Origin: Eledone cirrhosa | Taxonomy: Eukaryota | Length of the DNA stretch: 64,000 nt | Assembly (NCBI GenBank): GCA_964016885.1 | Contig: OZ024766.1 | Coordinates: 19,530,001-19,594,000, forward strand | Direction: 5' to 3' | Shown: piece by piece, positions 12,413 through 25,660 of the stretch | Layout: the number at the start of each line of letters is the position of its first letter | How positions within the stretch are numbered: position 1 is the stretch's first letter | Made by a program: the position numbers and the translations under genes | The notes under the pieces: generated by a model | The model's database searches: none | What the model was told of the DNA's origin: nothing | Seen by the model: only the letters and a program-made list of their open reading frames with translations

Positions 12413-13690
12413 ATGACTTGGGCTTTGGTGTTGGTGTAGAGCAGTGATATCAGGTCCACTATCCTCTTAGGGATTCCATAAGCCTGTAAGATCTTCATCA
12501 GGCAGTAACGGTCCACAGAATCAAAGGCCTTCCTAAAGTCAATGAAAACCATGACCGCAGGAAGGCACTTTGCTCTAGCTCCCTCTAATATCCTCCTCAG
12601 CATCAGGATGTGACTGGTGGTTGATCTACCCTCTCTGAAGCCGTTCTGGTTGTCCCTGAGCTTCTTCTCCATCTCAGGCTGGATCCTGTTAAGAATCATC
12701 CTGTTGAGGGTCTTTGCCACAAGCCCAAGTCATTACACCTGATGGGATGACAGAGTTCTTTGAGATACTGGGTGGAGTGCTCCAGGGAGATACATTGGCT
12801 CCCTACCTTTTTATCATCGTAGTGGACTATTGTATGCGCCTTGCACTGGAGAAACACCAGGACTCTGGCTTTACTGTAGCACCGGCTCAGAGCAGGAGAG
12901 TTGGGGCGAAAAAGGTATCGGATGCTGAATTTGCCGACGACATAGTTTTGGTGACAAATACAGTGAAGTGGGCAGAGGATTTGATGCGGGAGGTTGAGAC
13001 TGTGTCGATGAGTGTGGGGCTGAGAATGAATGAGACTAAAACAAAATATCTGGTAGAGAATGTTGAAAAGCCAGAGGGGATCACTAATGTAGGCGGGAAG
13101 CCACTGGAATTGGTTGAGGACTTCCTGTATTTGGGAGCAAAGATTGGGAATACGGAAGATGATGTGGTTGAGAGGAAGAGCAAGGCCTGGGCAGCGTGTC
13201 ACAGCTTGAGATCGGTGTGGAAGTCGGACCTTCGTAGAGACCTGAAAATCCGCCTCTTCATTGCTGTAGTGGAGTCTGTGCTGCTGTATGGGTCTGAGAC
13301 TTGGATACTGACCAAGAGACTCACTCAGATGGTGGATGGGTGCTACACGAGAATGCTGAGGATGGCTCTGAACATTAATCAGTATACACTGAGGATGAAA
13401 AACTCAGAGCTGTATGGGAGCATCCCAAAAGTCAGCTCAAAAGTGACACAGAGGAGACTGAGGTTGGCTGGACATGCTCACCGACATCCAGAGTTGACAT
13501 TGCACTCAGTGCTCCTTTGGGAGCCCCTACATGGACACACTAGAAGAGGAAGACCAAGATTAACATATGTTGATGCCCTAAGGACAGACACTGGTCTGTT
13601 GGAGATGCAGGATATGGCAGCGATAATGAGGGACAGAGACCGCTGGAGAGAACTCGTCCATGGATCTCGGGAATTTTACCCGCCTTAGAT
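12413..13690 (+). mobile_element. Young RTE-clade LINE, 5'-truncated with an inverted 5' segment (12413-12720 minus; 12721-13688 plus)
   Basis: Minus piece QNGFREGRST, FIDFRKAFDSV; plus piece GVLQGDTLAPYLF, FADD, LLYGSETW, GRPRLTY; both stop-free and contiguous in RT; empty (TA)n site in other units. Confidence 0.95.
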
Positions 13691-13692
13691 AG

Positions 13693-13723
<31 letters not shown>

Positions 13724-15554
13724 TACCAATGAATACAGTGAAGAATTTAGTATAAAAGTTGGTGTTCATCAAGGCTCTGTCCTTAGCCCCCTCCTATTTA
13801 TTATTGCCCTTCAGGCTAAAACAGAGGAGTTTAAGACTGGCTGCCCATGGGAACTTCTATACACAGATGATCTAACAGCTGAACTAGATAAGAAATTCCA
13901 AACATGGAAGCATGGCCTAGAATCAAATGGCCTTAAAGTTAACTTGTCAAAGACTAAAGTTCTAGTATGTAGGAAGGAAAATAGGGCACAGGTGCCCGCT
14001 GGGAAATGGCTATGTTCAGTGTGTAGGAAAGGAGTAGGTAGAAATTCCATTTTATGTCCCAAATACAAACTATGGGTACATAACAGACGTACTGGGAACA
14101 CAGGCCAGCTATCTAAGAACGTAGGTTTTATATGTGGCTGATGCTCAGGTGCAATAAGTAGCAAGTTCCAGACGTTGGACCTTCAATGTATCCATACCCA
14201 GGGAGGCAAGGCATTCAGAGTATGGTAGATGCTTGATGGAGGGTATTCACTTGGTTGCACGTCTCTAAACAATTTCCAGGAGGTCAATGATCTGAGCAAG
14301 ACAGGGGTTCCAGACTCGTGATGCAATTTCTAAGTGTGGCCGCACCATAGCTATTTACAGCTTTAAATAGATAGATAAATGCATGGTTGTACACTTGTAC
14401 ACAGCCAGCTTGAGTTGCCAGTCCGTGGTCCATTGCTGCATTGTGTCCAGGTTCTGTCCTTTTTATCTCAAGGGACAGCTTGGTGTCATCTGAATATTTC
14501 AGTACTGTGACACTCTTTAAGATGCCATCTATGTCATTAATAGATGTGTAACGGAATTCTCCTATAAATTACCTGGCAAAGATTCAAAACCGAATCTAAG
14601 AGTTCTCGCATCTGGGACCACCTATCGTTGCGAGTTTCCCACCATTGTCCTGTCAAGAGACAACAATGATGAACATACATGCCACTTGACCTGTGACCCC
14701 AGCTTCAAGATAGCTGAAACTCACATGGCTACTCATAAATCAACCCTGTATACACATCTAGCTATAGGGTTATTATAAATACAAGTACAAAGGGAATCCA
14801 GAAGCCAGACCACGAAGCAGTAGTCCTTAAGAGAATAATAATGGGAAACATTCACATTCTACAGACCTCTTGGGGTCTGCAGACTTCTACTGACCTTTTA
14901 CTCTATCTCTCTCCTGGCCTTACTGGCTCTCACCTTCTTGGCCACAGACTACGCCACCAAACAAGAGAGACCAAAGCAGCAGTCCTTGAGAGGAATAACA
15001 AATACTAAGGATACACACACACTCAGTAGGTTTCATTATACTGTTTACTTCTGGGTTTTATCTATTCTTTTGTCTTCATGTTGAATCACTTCTCGTGTAT
15101 CGTTGTATTGATACATACATACACGCTAGCTCGAAGTAGCTAGTCAGAAAATTGATGTAGTGATAATTCCTGTCACAATTTTTATTACTTGATATTCAAT
15201 GTAGACACAAGTTAATATTGTTATTGTAAAATAAACATTGTCAACATCACAATTCTGGCATTATTCTTTTTATCATTCATACACAAAAGAATACATTTAT
15301 CCACTATATATGCAACAAACAAAAGGGGACACAAATTTCTACACACATACATTCACATATATATAGCGTATGTAAATTCTGAACAATACAGATTTGTCAG
15401 CACAAGTCTTGGTTACAACTTCTACAAATAAAATGAAAGGAGAAGAATTTCTTAGTAAAACAGTTTTATTCAAAATATTAACATTGGTGGCACAATTTTG
15501 GGTGAGTGGTATGGTTTTTATCTTGTCTGATTGTGTTGCATTAAGTAATCTTTA

Positions 15555-16420
15555 CAAGAGAATGATTTACCACAAACATCACAGTGATATAGTTCCTCTC
15601 CTGTATATGTTAGTGTCTAGTGAAGCCCCAACATTTAGACAATGATTTACCAGACATTACAGTGACATGGTTCCTCTCCTGTATGTGTTAGTGTCTAGTG
15701 AAGCCCCAACATTTAGACAATGATTTACCACAGACATCACAGTGATATAGTTCCTCTCCTGTATATGGTAGTGTCTAGTGAAGCCACAACATTTAGACAA
15801 TGATTTACTGCAGACATCACAGTGATATGGTTCCTCTCCTGTATATGGTAGTGTCTAGTGAAGGCACAACATTTAGACAATGATTTACTGCAGACATCAC
15901 AGTGATATGGTTCCTCTCCTGTAAATGTTAGTGTCTAGTGAAGCCACAACATTTAGAGAATGATTTACTGCAGACATCACAGTGATATGGTTCCTCTCCT
16001 GTAAATGTTAGTGTCTAGTGAAGCCACAACATTTAGACAATGATTTACTGCAGACATTACAGTGACATAGTTCCTCTCCTGTAAATGTTAGTGTCTAGTG
16101 AAGCCACAACATTTAGAGAATGATTTACTGCAGACATCACAGTGATATAGTTCCTCTCCTGTAAATGTTAGTGTCTAGTGAAGCCACAACATTTAGAGAA
16201 TGATTTACTGCAGACATCACAGTGATATAGTTCCTCTCCTGTAAATGTTAGTGCCGAATGAAGTGAGTTATTTCAGAGAATGATTTCCCACAGATATCAC
16301 AGTGATATGGTTTCTCTCCTGTATGTATATGTTTGTGTCTAGTTGAACAAGCTATCATGGATAACAATTTACCACAAATATTACAGTGATATGGCTTTTC
16401 TCCAGTACATATATGTTTGT
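15555..16420 (-). repeat. 80-bp zinc-finger-derived minisatellite (9 copies) plus two decayed fingers, 3' of gene B
   Basis: Period 80 (aagccacaac at 15781, aaggcacaac at 15861). Confidence 0.9.
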
Positions 16421-16594
16421 ATGAAGTTAATGCAGCAATGAAAGAGAATAGCCCAGTGGCATGGCTTCTCATATGAATATATTTGTGTTAATTCACCATT
16501 GTCAGACATTGAGATATTTTTGGGGTTATGGGTTCTCACCCATATGGGTATATTTGTGTCTAGTTAAACTACTTGATACAGAGAATGATTTACC

Positions 16595-17719
16595 TCAGAT
16601 ATCGCAGTGGTATGGCTTGTCTCCTGTATGGGTATATTTGTGTCTAGTTAAACTACTTGATACAGAGAATGATTTACCACAGATATCGCAGTGGTATGAC
16701 TTGTCTCCTGTATGGGTACGTAAGTGTTTAGTTAAGGTACTACTATCAGAGAATGATATACCACAGATATCACAGTGGTATGGCTTGTCTCCTGTATGTA
16801 TACGTTTGTGTCTAGCTAAGTGAATACTTCGAGAGAATGATTTCCCACAGATATCACAGAGGTGTGGCTTCTCTCCTGTATGTATACGTTTGTGGCAATT
16901 TAAGTTGCTACTTTGAGAGAATGATTTACCACAGATTTCGCAGTGGTATGGCTTGTCTCCTGTATGTATACGTTTGTGTCTAGTTAAGTGACTACTTTTA
17001 GAGAATGATATACCACAGATATCACAGTGGTATGGCTTGTCTCCTGTATGTATACGTATGTGTGTAGTTAAGTGACTACTTCGAGAGAATGATTTACCAC
17101 AGATATCACAATGGTGTGGCTTCTCTCCTGTATGCATACGTTTGTGGCTAGTTAAGTTGCTACTTTGAGAGAATGATTTACCACAGATTTCGCAGTGGTA
17201 TGGCTTGTCTGCTGTATGTATATGTTTGTGTTTAGTTAAGGTACTACTATCAGAGAATGATATACCACAGATATCACAGTGGTATGGCTTGTCTCCTGTA
17301 TGGGTACGTTTGTGTATAGTTAAGGTACTACTTCGAGAGAATGATTTACCACAGATATCACAGTGGTGTGGCTTCTCTCCTGTATGTATACGTTTGTGGC
17401 AAGTTAAGGCACTACGTTGAGAGAATGATTTACCACAGATATCGCAGTGGTATGGCTTGTCTCCTGTATGTATACGTATGTGTGTAGTTAAGGTACGACT
17501 ATAAGAGAATGATTTACCACAGATATCACAGTGGTACGGCTTGTCTCCTGTATGTATACGTTTGTGTGGAATTAACTGACCACTTTTAGAGAATGATTTA
17601 CCACAGACATCACAGTGATATGGTTTCTCTCCTCTAGACTTTGGCATCTCTGCTGGAATAGCCATATCTCTAGACAATGTTTCACATTTAATCTTCTTCT
17701 CACTCAATTTAGTTTCCAT
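16595..17719 (-). CDS. C2H2 zinc-finger protein B, 374 aa, 12 intact fingers; 13th finger cut by TGT>TGA
   Basis: ORF ends at CDI*; the frame continues to the family-standard stop at 16526-16528. Confidence 0.9.
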   Translation of the reverse strand: METKLSEKKIKCETLSRDMAIPAEMPKSRGEKPYHCDVCGKSFSKSGQLIPHKRIHTGDKPYHCDICGKSFSYSRTLTTHIRIHTGDKPYHCDICGKSFSQRSALTCHKRIHTGEKPHHCDICGKSFSRSSTLTIHKRTHTGDKPYHCDICGISFSDSSTLTKHKHIHTADKPYHCEICGKSFSQSSNLTSHKRMHTGEKPHHCDICGKSFSRSSHLTTHIRIHTGDKPYHCDICGISFSKSSHLTRHKRIHTGDKPYHCEICGKSFSQSSNLNCHKRIHTGEKPHLCDICGKSFSRSIHLARHKRIHTGDKPYHCDICGISFSDSSTLTKHLRTHTGDKSYHCDICGKSFSVSSSLTRHKYTHTGDKPYHCDI

Positions 17720-18618
17720 GTTTCTTCTTCCCTTGGCAGAATTTACAGATGTTATTCTTGTCTTATTTTATATGTTATATTCCTGAAGATATTTATTATG
17801 GTATATTTCCGGCAACGGTGATCTCAGTCAAGATCTGAAGATGATGCAAACTTCTTTCTGATCCAAGTTTAGTTAAGATTCAAAATCATCTTGTAAATAT
17901 TTCAGATGCTGATGAAACAATTCTTTTCCAAGAATTTTTCCAAGACGTACAGTTCTGAGGAACTATCTCACAGTAATTCTGCCATAGATTTATAAAAAAT
18001 AATTTTATCCCAATGTCATCTGATATTCTGAAATAAGAAAGAAACAGTATGAGATAATAGAGAATACTTTAGAAACAGAGATAGATTTGACATTGGAAAT
18101 TTTATATTTCTATATTGATAAACTGTAGATATCAACTTTTCTGTCCAGAGTTATTCTCTCCAATGTAAGCAGTGATATTCCACGATACTCTATAAACTAT
18201 ATCCTTCTAACTCTTGGGAGGTCTGCTCTATAGCCTTTACCCAAGAACTTCATTCTTATATGACATTCTAACATGGTAATTGTCTGAGACCTGAGATGTG
18301 TAACTTGACAGTTCCTTGAGTAACAGTTCTTTCTACCTGGAAGGGGATAAGTGCTGTGTAATTGCTTGATAACAGTCAAAGGATTCTCACACATGGCTAC
18401 CCTAGGCACCCCAATAACATGACTTGTGTTAGGCTTGTAGACACAATTAGTGGGAATTTTTATTCGTAGGGATTACATAATTTAAGCACTTTTTTTTATC
18501 TTTTCTGTTTGGATCCATTTCCTCTCATCAACCACTTTACAGCAAGGACTGGGTGTATTGTTTGTGGCACTAGAGAGGTTATTTTACTGGTCTTAAGAGC
18601 TCATATACATACATATAT

Positions 18619-18860
18619 ATCATCATCATCATCATCACCACCGTTTTACGTCCGTCCTTCCACGCTAGCATGGGTTAGGCGGGTTGTCCTGTTGTGTGCA
18701 GTGTCTGGTCGGCTGACCTTGTCTTGCTCATACAGGAACTGATCTGGCTTGATTTCTACAGCTGGATGCCCTTCCTAACACCAACCTCATTTACAGTGTG
18801 GGCTGGGTGCTTTTTTGCCGTGGCACCTAAACGACCATCTTGCGGTGGGGGGGGGGGGCA
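18619..18860 (-). mobile_element. 5'-truncated RTE-tailed SINE (shared with 25421-25660)
   Basis: (CAT)n tail, ttttacgtccg, ctggatgcccttcctaacaccaacc. Confidence 0.8.
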
Positions 18861-20338
18861 TATTGTTTATATATTTATATATATATATACATATGTATAT
18901 ATACATACATATATACATATGTATATATACATATGTATATATACATATAAATTACACCAGAGATAGAAAACCAGAATTAGTCATTTAGTTTACATAATGA
19001 GACCACAACCCATCCTATTTATTTTTAATGGGTGGGGTGAATTAAGAGTGGGGTGGTGGTGTAAAAAATCTGAAAATTAAATGAGTGAGGGTGGGGGAAA
19101 ATTATTTGAGACCAAAGTGAGGGTGGGGAACGATTATTTGAGACGAAAGTGAGGGTGGGGGAAAATTATTTGAGACCTAAGCGAGGGTAGGGGACAATTA
19201 TTTGAGTCCAAAGTGAGGGTGGTGAACGATTATTTCAGAAAAAAGTGAGGGTGGGGGACAATTATTTGAGCTACACACACATCTACTAAGTTACACACAC
19301 ATCTATTGAGTTACACACACATCTACTGAGTTATATACATCTAATGAGTTACACACACACATCTACCGAGTTACACACATATCTACTGAGTTACATACAC
19401 ATCTACTGAGTTACACACACATCTACTGAGTTACACACACATCTACTGAGTTACACACACATCTACTGAGTTACACACACATCTACTGAGTTACATACAC
19501 ATCTACAGAGTTACACACACATCTACTGTGTTATATACACATGTACATAGTTATACACACATCTACTCATACATTTTTTATAAATAGACACATTATACAA
19601 AATAATTATTATATACACACACATCTATGAATGATTGAGGAAGAGCTGGTGAAACACTATAGCAATGTGTTTCACCCCTTTTGGTTTTACCGGCTACATA
19701 GCCTATCCGTATTCTTATATCAGATGTGAAGGTGTATTATCTTGTCTAGTATGTATAATGTATGTATACACATATATATATGCATATATACATGAATACA
19801 TATATATATATATACTCATATATTTATATATATATATAGACATATATTTATATATACATATTTATATATACTTTATATATATAAAGTATATAAATATTTA
19901 GACAGAAAATAGGGGAAAAATTAGTCAGAAATATTTTAAATATAAAACGGAATAAATTAATGAAAGAAACGTAAAACAGATAAAATTTGTTGAAATACCT
20001 TGAAAATATAAAATATAGAAGAAAGAGACAGGAATTGATTGAGTTTGAAGTAAATTAATGAATGAACGAAAGTAGGTGGGGCAGGAACAGGAAGTAAAGA
20101 CAGTAGAGTCTCGCAGTTGAATGGTAAGGTTTAGAGTAAGAATTATTTTATTCCTGGTTGTATAAATAACATTACAAATTATACTTAGACGAATAATATG
20201 CTGTAGTATATATATTTATCAAAGAGCCGAACAGCAAGTACAGTCTCGCAGTGAATGGTAAGTGTTAGGGGAGGAATTATTTTATTCCTGGTTGTATTAA
20301 TAACATTACAAATATCAAATAGATAAAAAAACATATAC

Positions 20339-20379
<41 letters not shown>

Positions 20380-20532
20380 CACACACCAGGTCCGAACAAG
20401 ATATAGAGAAAGTACAGGTTCGCAGTGAATATCTCAAGAATTATTTTATTCCTAGTTTTGTAAATAACATTACAAATTATACTTAGACGAAGAATGTGGT
20501 GTAGTAAACATATATATATATAAACACATAAA

Positions 20533-20576
<44 letters not shown>

Positions 20577-22429
20577 TACCAATGAATACAGTGAAGAATT
20601 TAGTATAAAAGTTGGTGTTCATCAAGGCTCTGTCCTTAGCCCCCTCTTATTTATTATTGCCCTTCAGGCTAAAACAGAGGAGTTTAAGACTGGCTGCTCA
20701 TGGGAACTTCTATACACAGATGATCTAACAGCTGAACTAGATAAGAAATTCCAAACATGGAAGCATGGCCTAGAATCAAAAGGCCTTAAAGTTAACTTGT
20801 CTAAGACTAAAGTTCTAGTATGTAGGAAGGAAGATTGGGCACAGGTGCCCTCTGTGAAATGGCCATGTTCAGTGTGTAGGAAAGGAGTAGGTAGTAATTC
20901 CATTTTATGTCCCAAATACAAACTATGGGTACATAACAGACGTACTGGGAACACAGGCCAGCTATCTAAGAACGTAGATTTTATATGTGGCTGATGCTCA
21001 GGTGCAATAAGTAGCAAGTTCCAGACGTCGGACCTTCAATATATCCATACCCAGGGAGGCAAGGCATTCAGAGTATGGTAGATGCTTGATGGAGGGTATT
21101 CACTTGGTTGCACGTGTCTAAACTATTTCCAGGAGGTCAATGTTCTGAGCAAGATAGGGGTTCCAGACTCGTGATGCAATTTCTAAGTGTGGCCGCACCA
21201 TAGCTATATACAGCTTTAAATAGATAGATAAATGCATGGTCGTACACTTGTACACAGCCAGCTTGAGTTGCCAGTCCGTGGTCCATTGTTGCATTGTGTC
21301 CAGATCTATAGTGTTCAGGATCTGTCCTTTTTATCTTAATAGACAGCTTGATGTCATCTGCATATTTCAGTACTGTGACATACTTTAAGTTGCCATCTAT
21401 GTAATTAATAGATGTGTAACGGAATTCTCCTATAAATTACCTGGCGAAGATTCAAAACCGAATCTAAGAGTTCTCGCATCTGGGACCACCTATCGTTGCG
21501 AGTTTCCCACCATTGTCCTGTCAAGAGACAACAATGATGAACATACATGCCACTTGACCTGTGACCCCAGCTTCAAGATAGCTGAAACTCACATGGCTAC
21601 TCATAAATCAACCCTGTATACACATCTAGCTATAGGGTTATTATAAATACAAGTACAAAGGGAATCCAGCAGCCAGACCACGAAGCAGTAGTCCTTAAGA
21701 GAATAATGATGTGAAACATTCACGTTCTACAGACCTTGGGGTCTGCAGACTTCTACTGACCTTTTACTCTATCCCTCTCTCCTGGCCTTACTTGATCTCA
21801 CCTTCTCGGCCACAGACTACACCACCAGACAATAGAGACCGAAGCAGCAGTCCTTGAGAGGAATAACAAATACTAAGGATACACACACACTCAGTAGGTT
21901 TCATTATACTGTTTACTTCTGTGTTTTATCTATTCTTTTGTCTTCCTGTTGAATCACTTCTCGTGTATCGTTGTATTGATACATACATACACGCTAGCTC
22001 GAAGTAGCTAGTCAGAAAATTGATGTAGTGATAATTCCTGTCACAATTTTTATTACTTGATATTCAATGTAGCAACAAGTTAATATTGTTATTGTAAAAT
22101 AAACATTGTCAACATCACAATTCTGGCATTATTCTTTTTATCATTCATACACAAAAGAATACATGTATCCACTACATATGCAACAAACAAAAGGGGACAC
22201 AAATTTCTACACACATACATTCACATATATATAGCGTATGTAAATTCTGAACAATACAGATTTGTCAGCACAAGTCTTGGTTACAACTTCTACAAATAAA
22301 ATGAAAGGAGAAGAATTTCTTAGTAAAACAGTTTTATTCAAAATATTAACAACATTGGTGGCACAATTTTGGGTGAGTGATATGGTTTTTATCTTGTCTG
22401 ATTGTGTTGCATTAAGTAATCTTTACAAG

Positions 22430-23055
22430 AGAATGATTTACCACAGACATCACAGTGATAAAGTTCCTCTCCTGTATATGTTAGTGTCTAGTGAAGCCAC
22501 AACATTTAGACAATGATTTACCACAGACATCACAGTGATATAGTTCCTCTCCTGTATATGTTAGTGTCTAGTGAAGCCACAACATTTAGAGAATGATTTA
22601 CCACAGACATCACAGTGATATGGTTCCTCTCCTGTAAATGTTAGTGTCTAGTGAAGCCCCAACATTTAGAGAATGATTTACTGCAGACATCACAGTGATA
22701 TAGTTCCTCTCCTGTAAATGTTAGTGTCTAGTGAAGCCACAACATTTAGAGAATGATTTACTGCAGACATTACAGTGATATAGTTCCTCTCCTGTAAATG
22801 TTAGTGTCTAGTGAAGCCACAACATTTAGAGAATGATTTACTGCAGACATTACAGTGATATAGTTCCTCTCCTGTAAATGTTAGTGTCTAGTGAAGCCAC
22901 AATATTTAGAGAATGATTTACTGCAGACATTACAGTGATATGGTTTCTGTCCTGTATGTATGTGTTTGTGTCTAATTGAACAAGCTATCATGGATAACAA
23001 TTTACCACAAATATTACAGTGATATGGCTTTTCTCCAGTGTATATATGTTTGTAT
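22430..23055 (-). repeat. 80-bp dead-finger minisatellite (6 copies) plus decayed fingers, 3' of gene C
   Basis: Same unit, period 80. Confidence 0.9.
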
Positions 23056-23159
23056 GAAGTTAATGCTGCAATGAAAGAGAATAGCACAGTGGCATGGCTT
23101 CTCATATGAATGTATTTGTGTTTAATTCACCATTTTCAGACGATGAGATATTTTTTTGG

Positions 23160-24521
23160 TTATGGGTTCACAGCCATATGGGTATATTTGTGTCTAGTTA
23201 AACTACTTGATACAGAGAATGATTTACCACAGATATCGCAGTCGTATGGCTTGTCTCCTGTATGGGTACGTAAGTGTTTAGTTAAGGTACTACTATCAGA
23301 GAATGATATACCACAGATATCACAGTGGTATGGCTTGTCTCCTGTATGGGTATATTTGTGTCTAGTTAAACTACTTGATACAGAGAATAATTTACCACAG
23401 ATATCACAGTGGTATGACTTGTCTCCTGTATGGGTACGTAAGTGTTTAGTTAAGGTACTACTATCAGAGAATGATATACCACAGATATCACAGTGGTATG
23501 GCTTGTCTCCTGTATGTATACGTTTGTGGCAAGTTAAGTGACTACTTCGAGAGAATGATTTACCACAGATATCACAGTGGTATGGCTTGTCTCCTGTATG
23601 GGTACGTTTATGTCTAGTTAAACTACTTGATACAGAGAATAATTTACCACAGATATTGCAGTGGTATGGCTTGTCTCCTGTATGGGTATATTTGTGTCTA
23701 GTTAAACTACTTGAAACAGAGAATAATTTACTACAGATATCACAGTGGTATGGCTTGTCTTGTGTATGGGTATATTTGTGTCTAGTTAAACTACTTGAAA
23801 CAGAGAATAATTTACCACAGATATCACAGTGGTATGACTTGTCTCCTGTATGGGTACGTAAGTGTTTAGTTAAGGTACTACTATCAGAGAATGATATACC
23901 ACAGATATCACAGTGGTATGGCTTGTCTCCTGTATGTATACGTTTGTGTCTAGTTAAGTGAATACTTCGAGAGAATGATTTACCACAGATATCACAGAGG
24001 TGTGGCTTCTCTCCTGTATGTATATGTTTGTGGCAAGTTAAGTTGCTACTTTGAGAGAATGATTTACCACAGATATCACAGTGGTATGGCTTGTCTCCTG
24101 TATGTATACGTTTGTGTCTAGTTAAGTGACTACTTTTAGAGAATGATATACCACAGATATCACAGTGGTATGGCTTGTCTCCTGTATGTATACGTATGTG
24201 TGTAGTTAAGTGACTACTTCGAGAGAATGATCTACCACAGATATCACAACGGTGTGGCTTCTCTCCTGTATGTATACGTTTGTGCCTAGTTAAGTCACTA
24301 CTTTGAGAGAATGATTTACCACAGATATCACAGTGGTACGGCTTGTCTCCTGTATGTATACGTTTGTGTGGAATTAACTGACCACTTTTAGAGAATGATT
24401 TACCACAGACATCACAGTGATATGGTTTCTCTCCTCTAGACTTTGGCATCTCTGCTGGAATAGCCATATCTCTAGACAATGTTTCACATTTAATCTTCTT
24501 CTCACTCAATTTAGTTTCCAT
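23160..24521 (-). CDS. C2H2 zinc-finger protein C, 453 aa, 15 fingers
   Basis: Intact ORF, same leader and finger scaffold. Confidence 0.95.
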   Translation of the reverse strand: METKLSEKKIKCETLSRDMAIPAEMPKSRGEKPYHCDVCGKSFSKSGQLIPHKRIHTGDKPYHCDICGKSFSQSSDLTRHKRIHTGEKPHRCDICGRSFSRSSHLTTHIRIHTGDKPYHCDICGISFSKSSHLTRHKRIHTGDKPYHCDICGKSFSQSSNLTCHKHIHTGEKPHLCDICGKSFSRSIHLTRHKRIHTGDKPYHCDICGISFSDSSTLTKHLRTHTGDKSYHCDICGKLFSVSSSLTRHKYTHTQDKPYHCDICSKLFSVSSSLTRHKYTHTGDKPYHCNICGKLFSVSSSLTRHKRTHTGDKPYHCDICGKSFSRSSHLTCHKRIHTGDKPYHCDICGISFSDSSTLTKHLRTHTGDKSYHCDICGKLFSVSSSLTRHKYTHTGDKPYHCDICGISFSDSSTLTKHLRTHTGDKPYDCDICGKSFSVSSSLTRHKYTHMAVNP

Positions 24522-25420
24522 GTTTCTTCTTCCCTTGGCAGAATTTACAGATGTTATTCTTGTCTTATTTTATATATTATATTCCTGAAGATATTTATTA
24601 TGGTATATTTCCGGCAACGGTGATCTCAGTCAAGATCTGAAGATGATGCAAACTTCTTTCTGATCCAAGTTTAGTTAAGATTCAAAATCATCTTGTAAAT
24701 ATTTCAGATGCTGATGAAACAATACTTTTCCAAGAATTTTTCCAAGACGTACAGTTCTGAGGAAATATCTCACAGTAATTCTGCCATAGATTTATAAAAA
24801 ATAATTTTATCCCAATGTCATCTGATATTCTGAAATAAGAAAGAAACAGTATGAGATAATAGAGAATACTTTAGAAACAGAGATAGATTTGACATTGGAA
24901 ATTTTATATTTCTATATTGATAAACTGTAGATATCAACTTTTCTGTCCAGAGTTATTCTCTCCAATGTAAGCAGTGATATTCCACGATACTCTATAAACT
25001 ATATCCATCTAACTCTTGGGAGGTCTGCTCTATAGCCTTTACCCAAGAACTTCATTCTTATATGACATTCTAACATGGTAATTGTCTGAGACCTGAGATG
25101 TGTAACTTGACAGTTCCTTGAGTAACAGTTCTTTCTACCTGGAAGGGGATAAGTGCTGTGTAATTGCTTGATAACAGTCAAAGGATTCTCACACATGGCT
25201 ACCCTAGGCACCCCAATAACATGACTTGTGTTAGGCTTGTAGACACAATTAGTGGGAATTTTTATTCGTAGGGATTACATAATTTAAGCACTTTTTTTTA
25301 TCTTTTCTGTTTGGATCCATTTCCTCTCATCAACCACTTTACAGCAAGGACTGGGTGTATTGTTTGTGGCACTAGAGAGGTTATTTTACTGGTCTTAAGA
25401 GCTCATATACATACATATAT

Positions 25421-25660
25421 ATCATCATCATCATCACCACCGTTTTACGTCCGTCCTTCCACGCTAGCATGGGTTAGGCGGGTTGTCCTGTTGTGTGCAG
25501 TGTCTGGTCGGCTGACCTTGTCTTGCTCAGACAGCAACTGATCTGGCTTGATTTCTACAGCTGGATGCCCTTCCTAACACCAACCTCATTTACAGTGTGG
25601 GCTGGGTGCTTTTTTGCCGTGGCACCTCCGCGACCACCTTGCGGTGGGGGGGGGGGGGCA
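25421..25660 (-). mobile_element. 5'-truncated RTE-tailed SINE, duplicate of 18619-18860
   Basis: Near-identical sequence at the same position in the unit. Confidence 0.8.

Noticed and set aside
12007-13688. RT next to variable repeat genes as a DGR/retron-like diversifier
   Set aside because: The RT is a truncated, inverted RTE LINE found in one unit; I saw no template/variable-repeat pair, and unequal crossover explains the diversity
15394-15645. Recurrent small ORFs (MSAQVLVTT.., [10 protein letters not shown].., MLLIAPEHQP..)
   Set aside because: Mostly non-ATG starts, antisense to UTR/CDS/TE fossils, variable between units
16595-16597. Rescue of the gene B stop by A-to-I editing (UGA>UGG)
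   Set aside because: It would put Trp at a zinc-ligand Cys, so the finger would not be restored; no evidence from DNA alone
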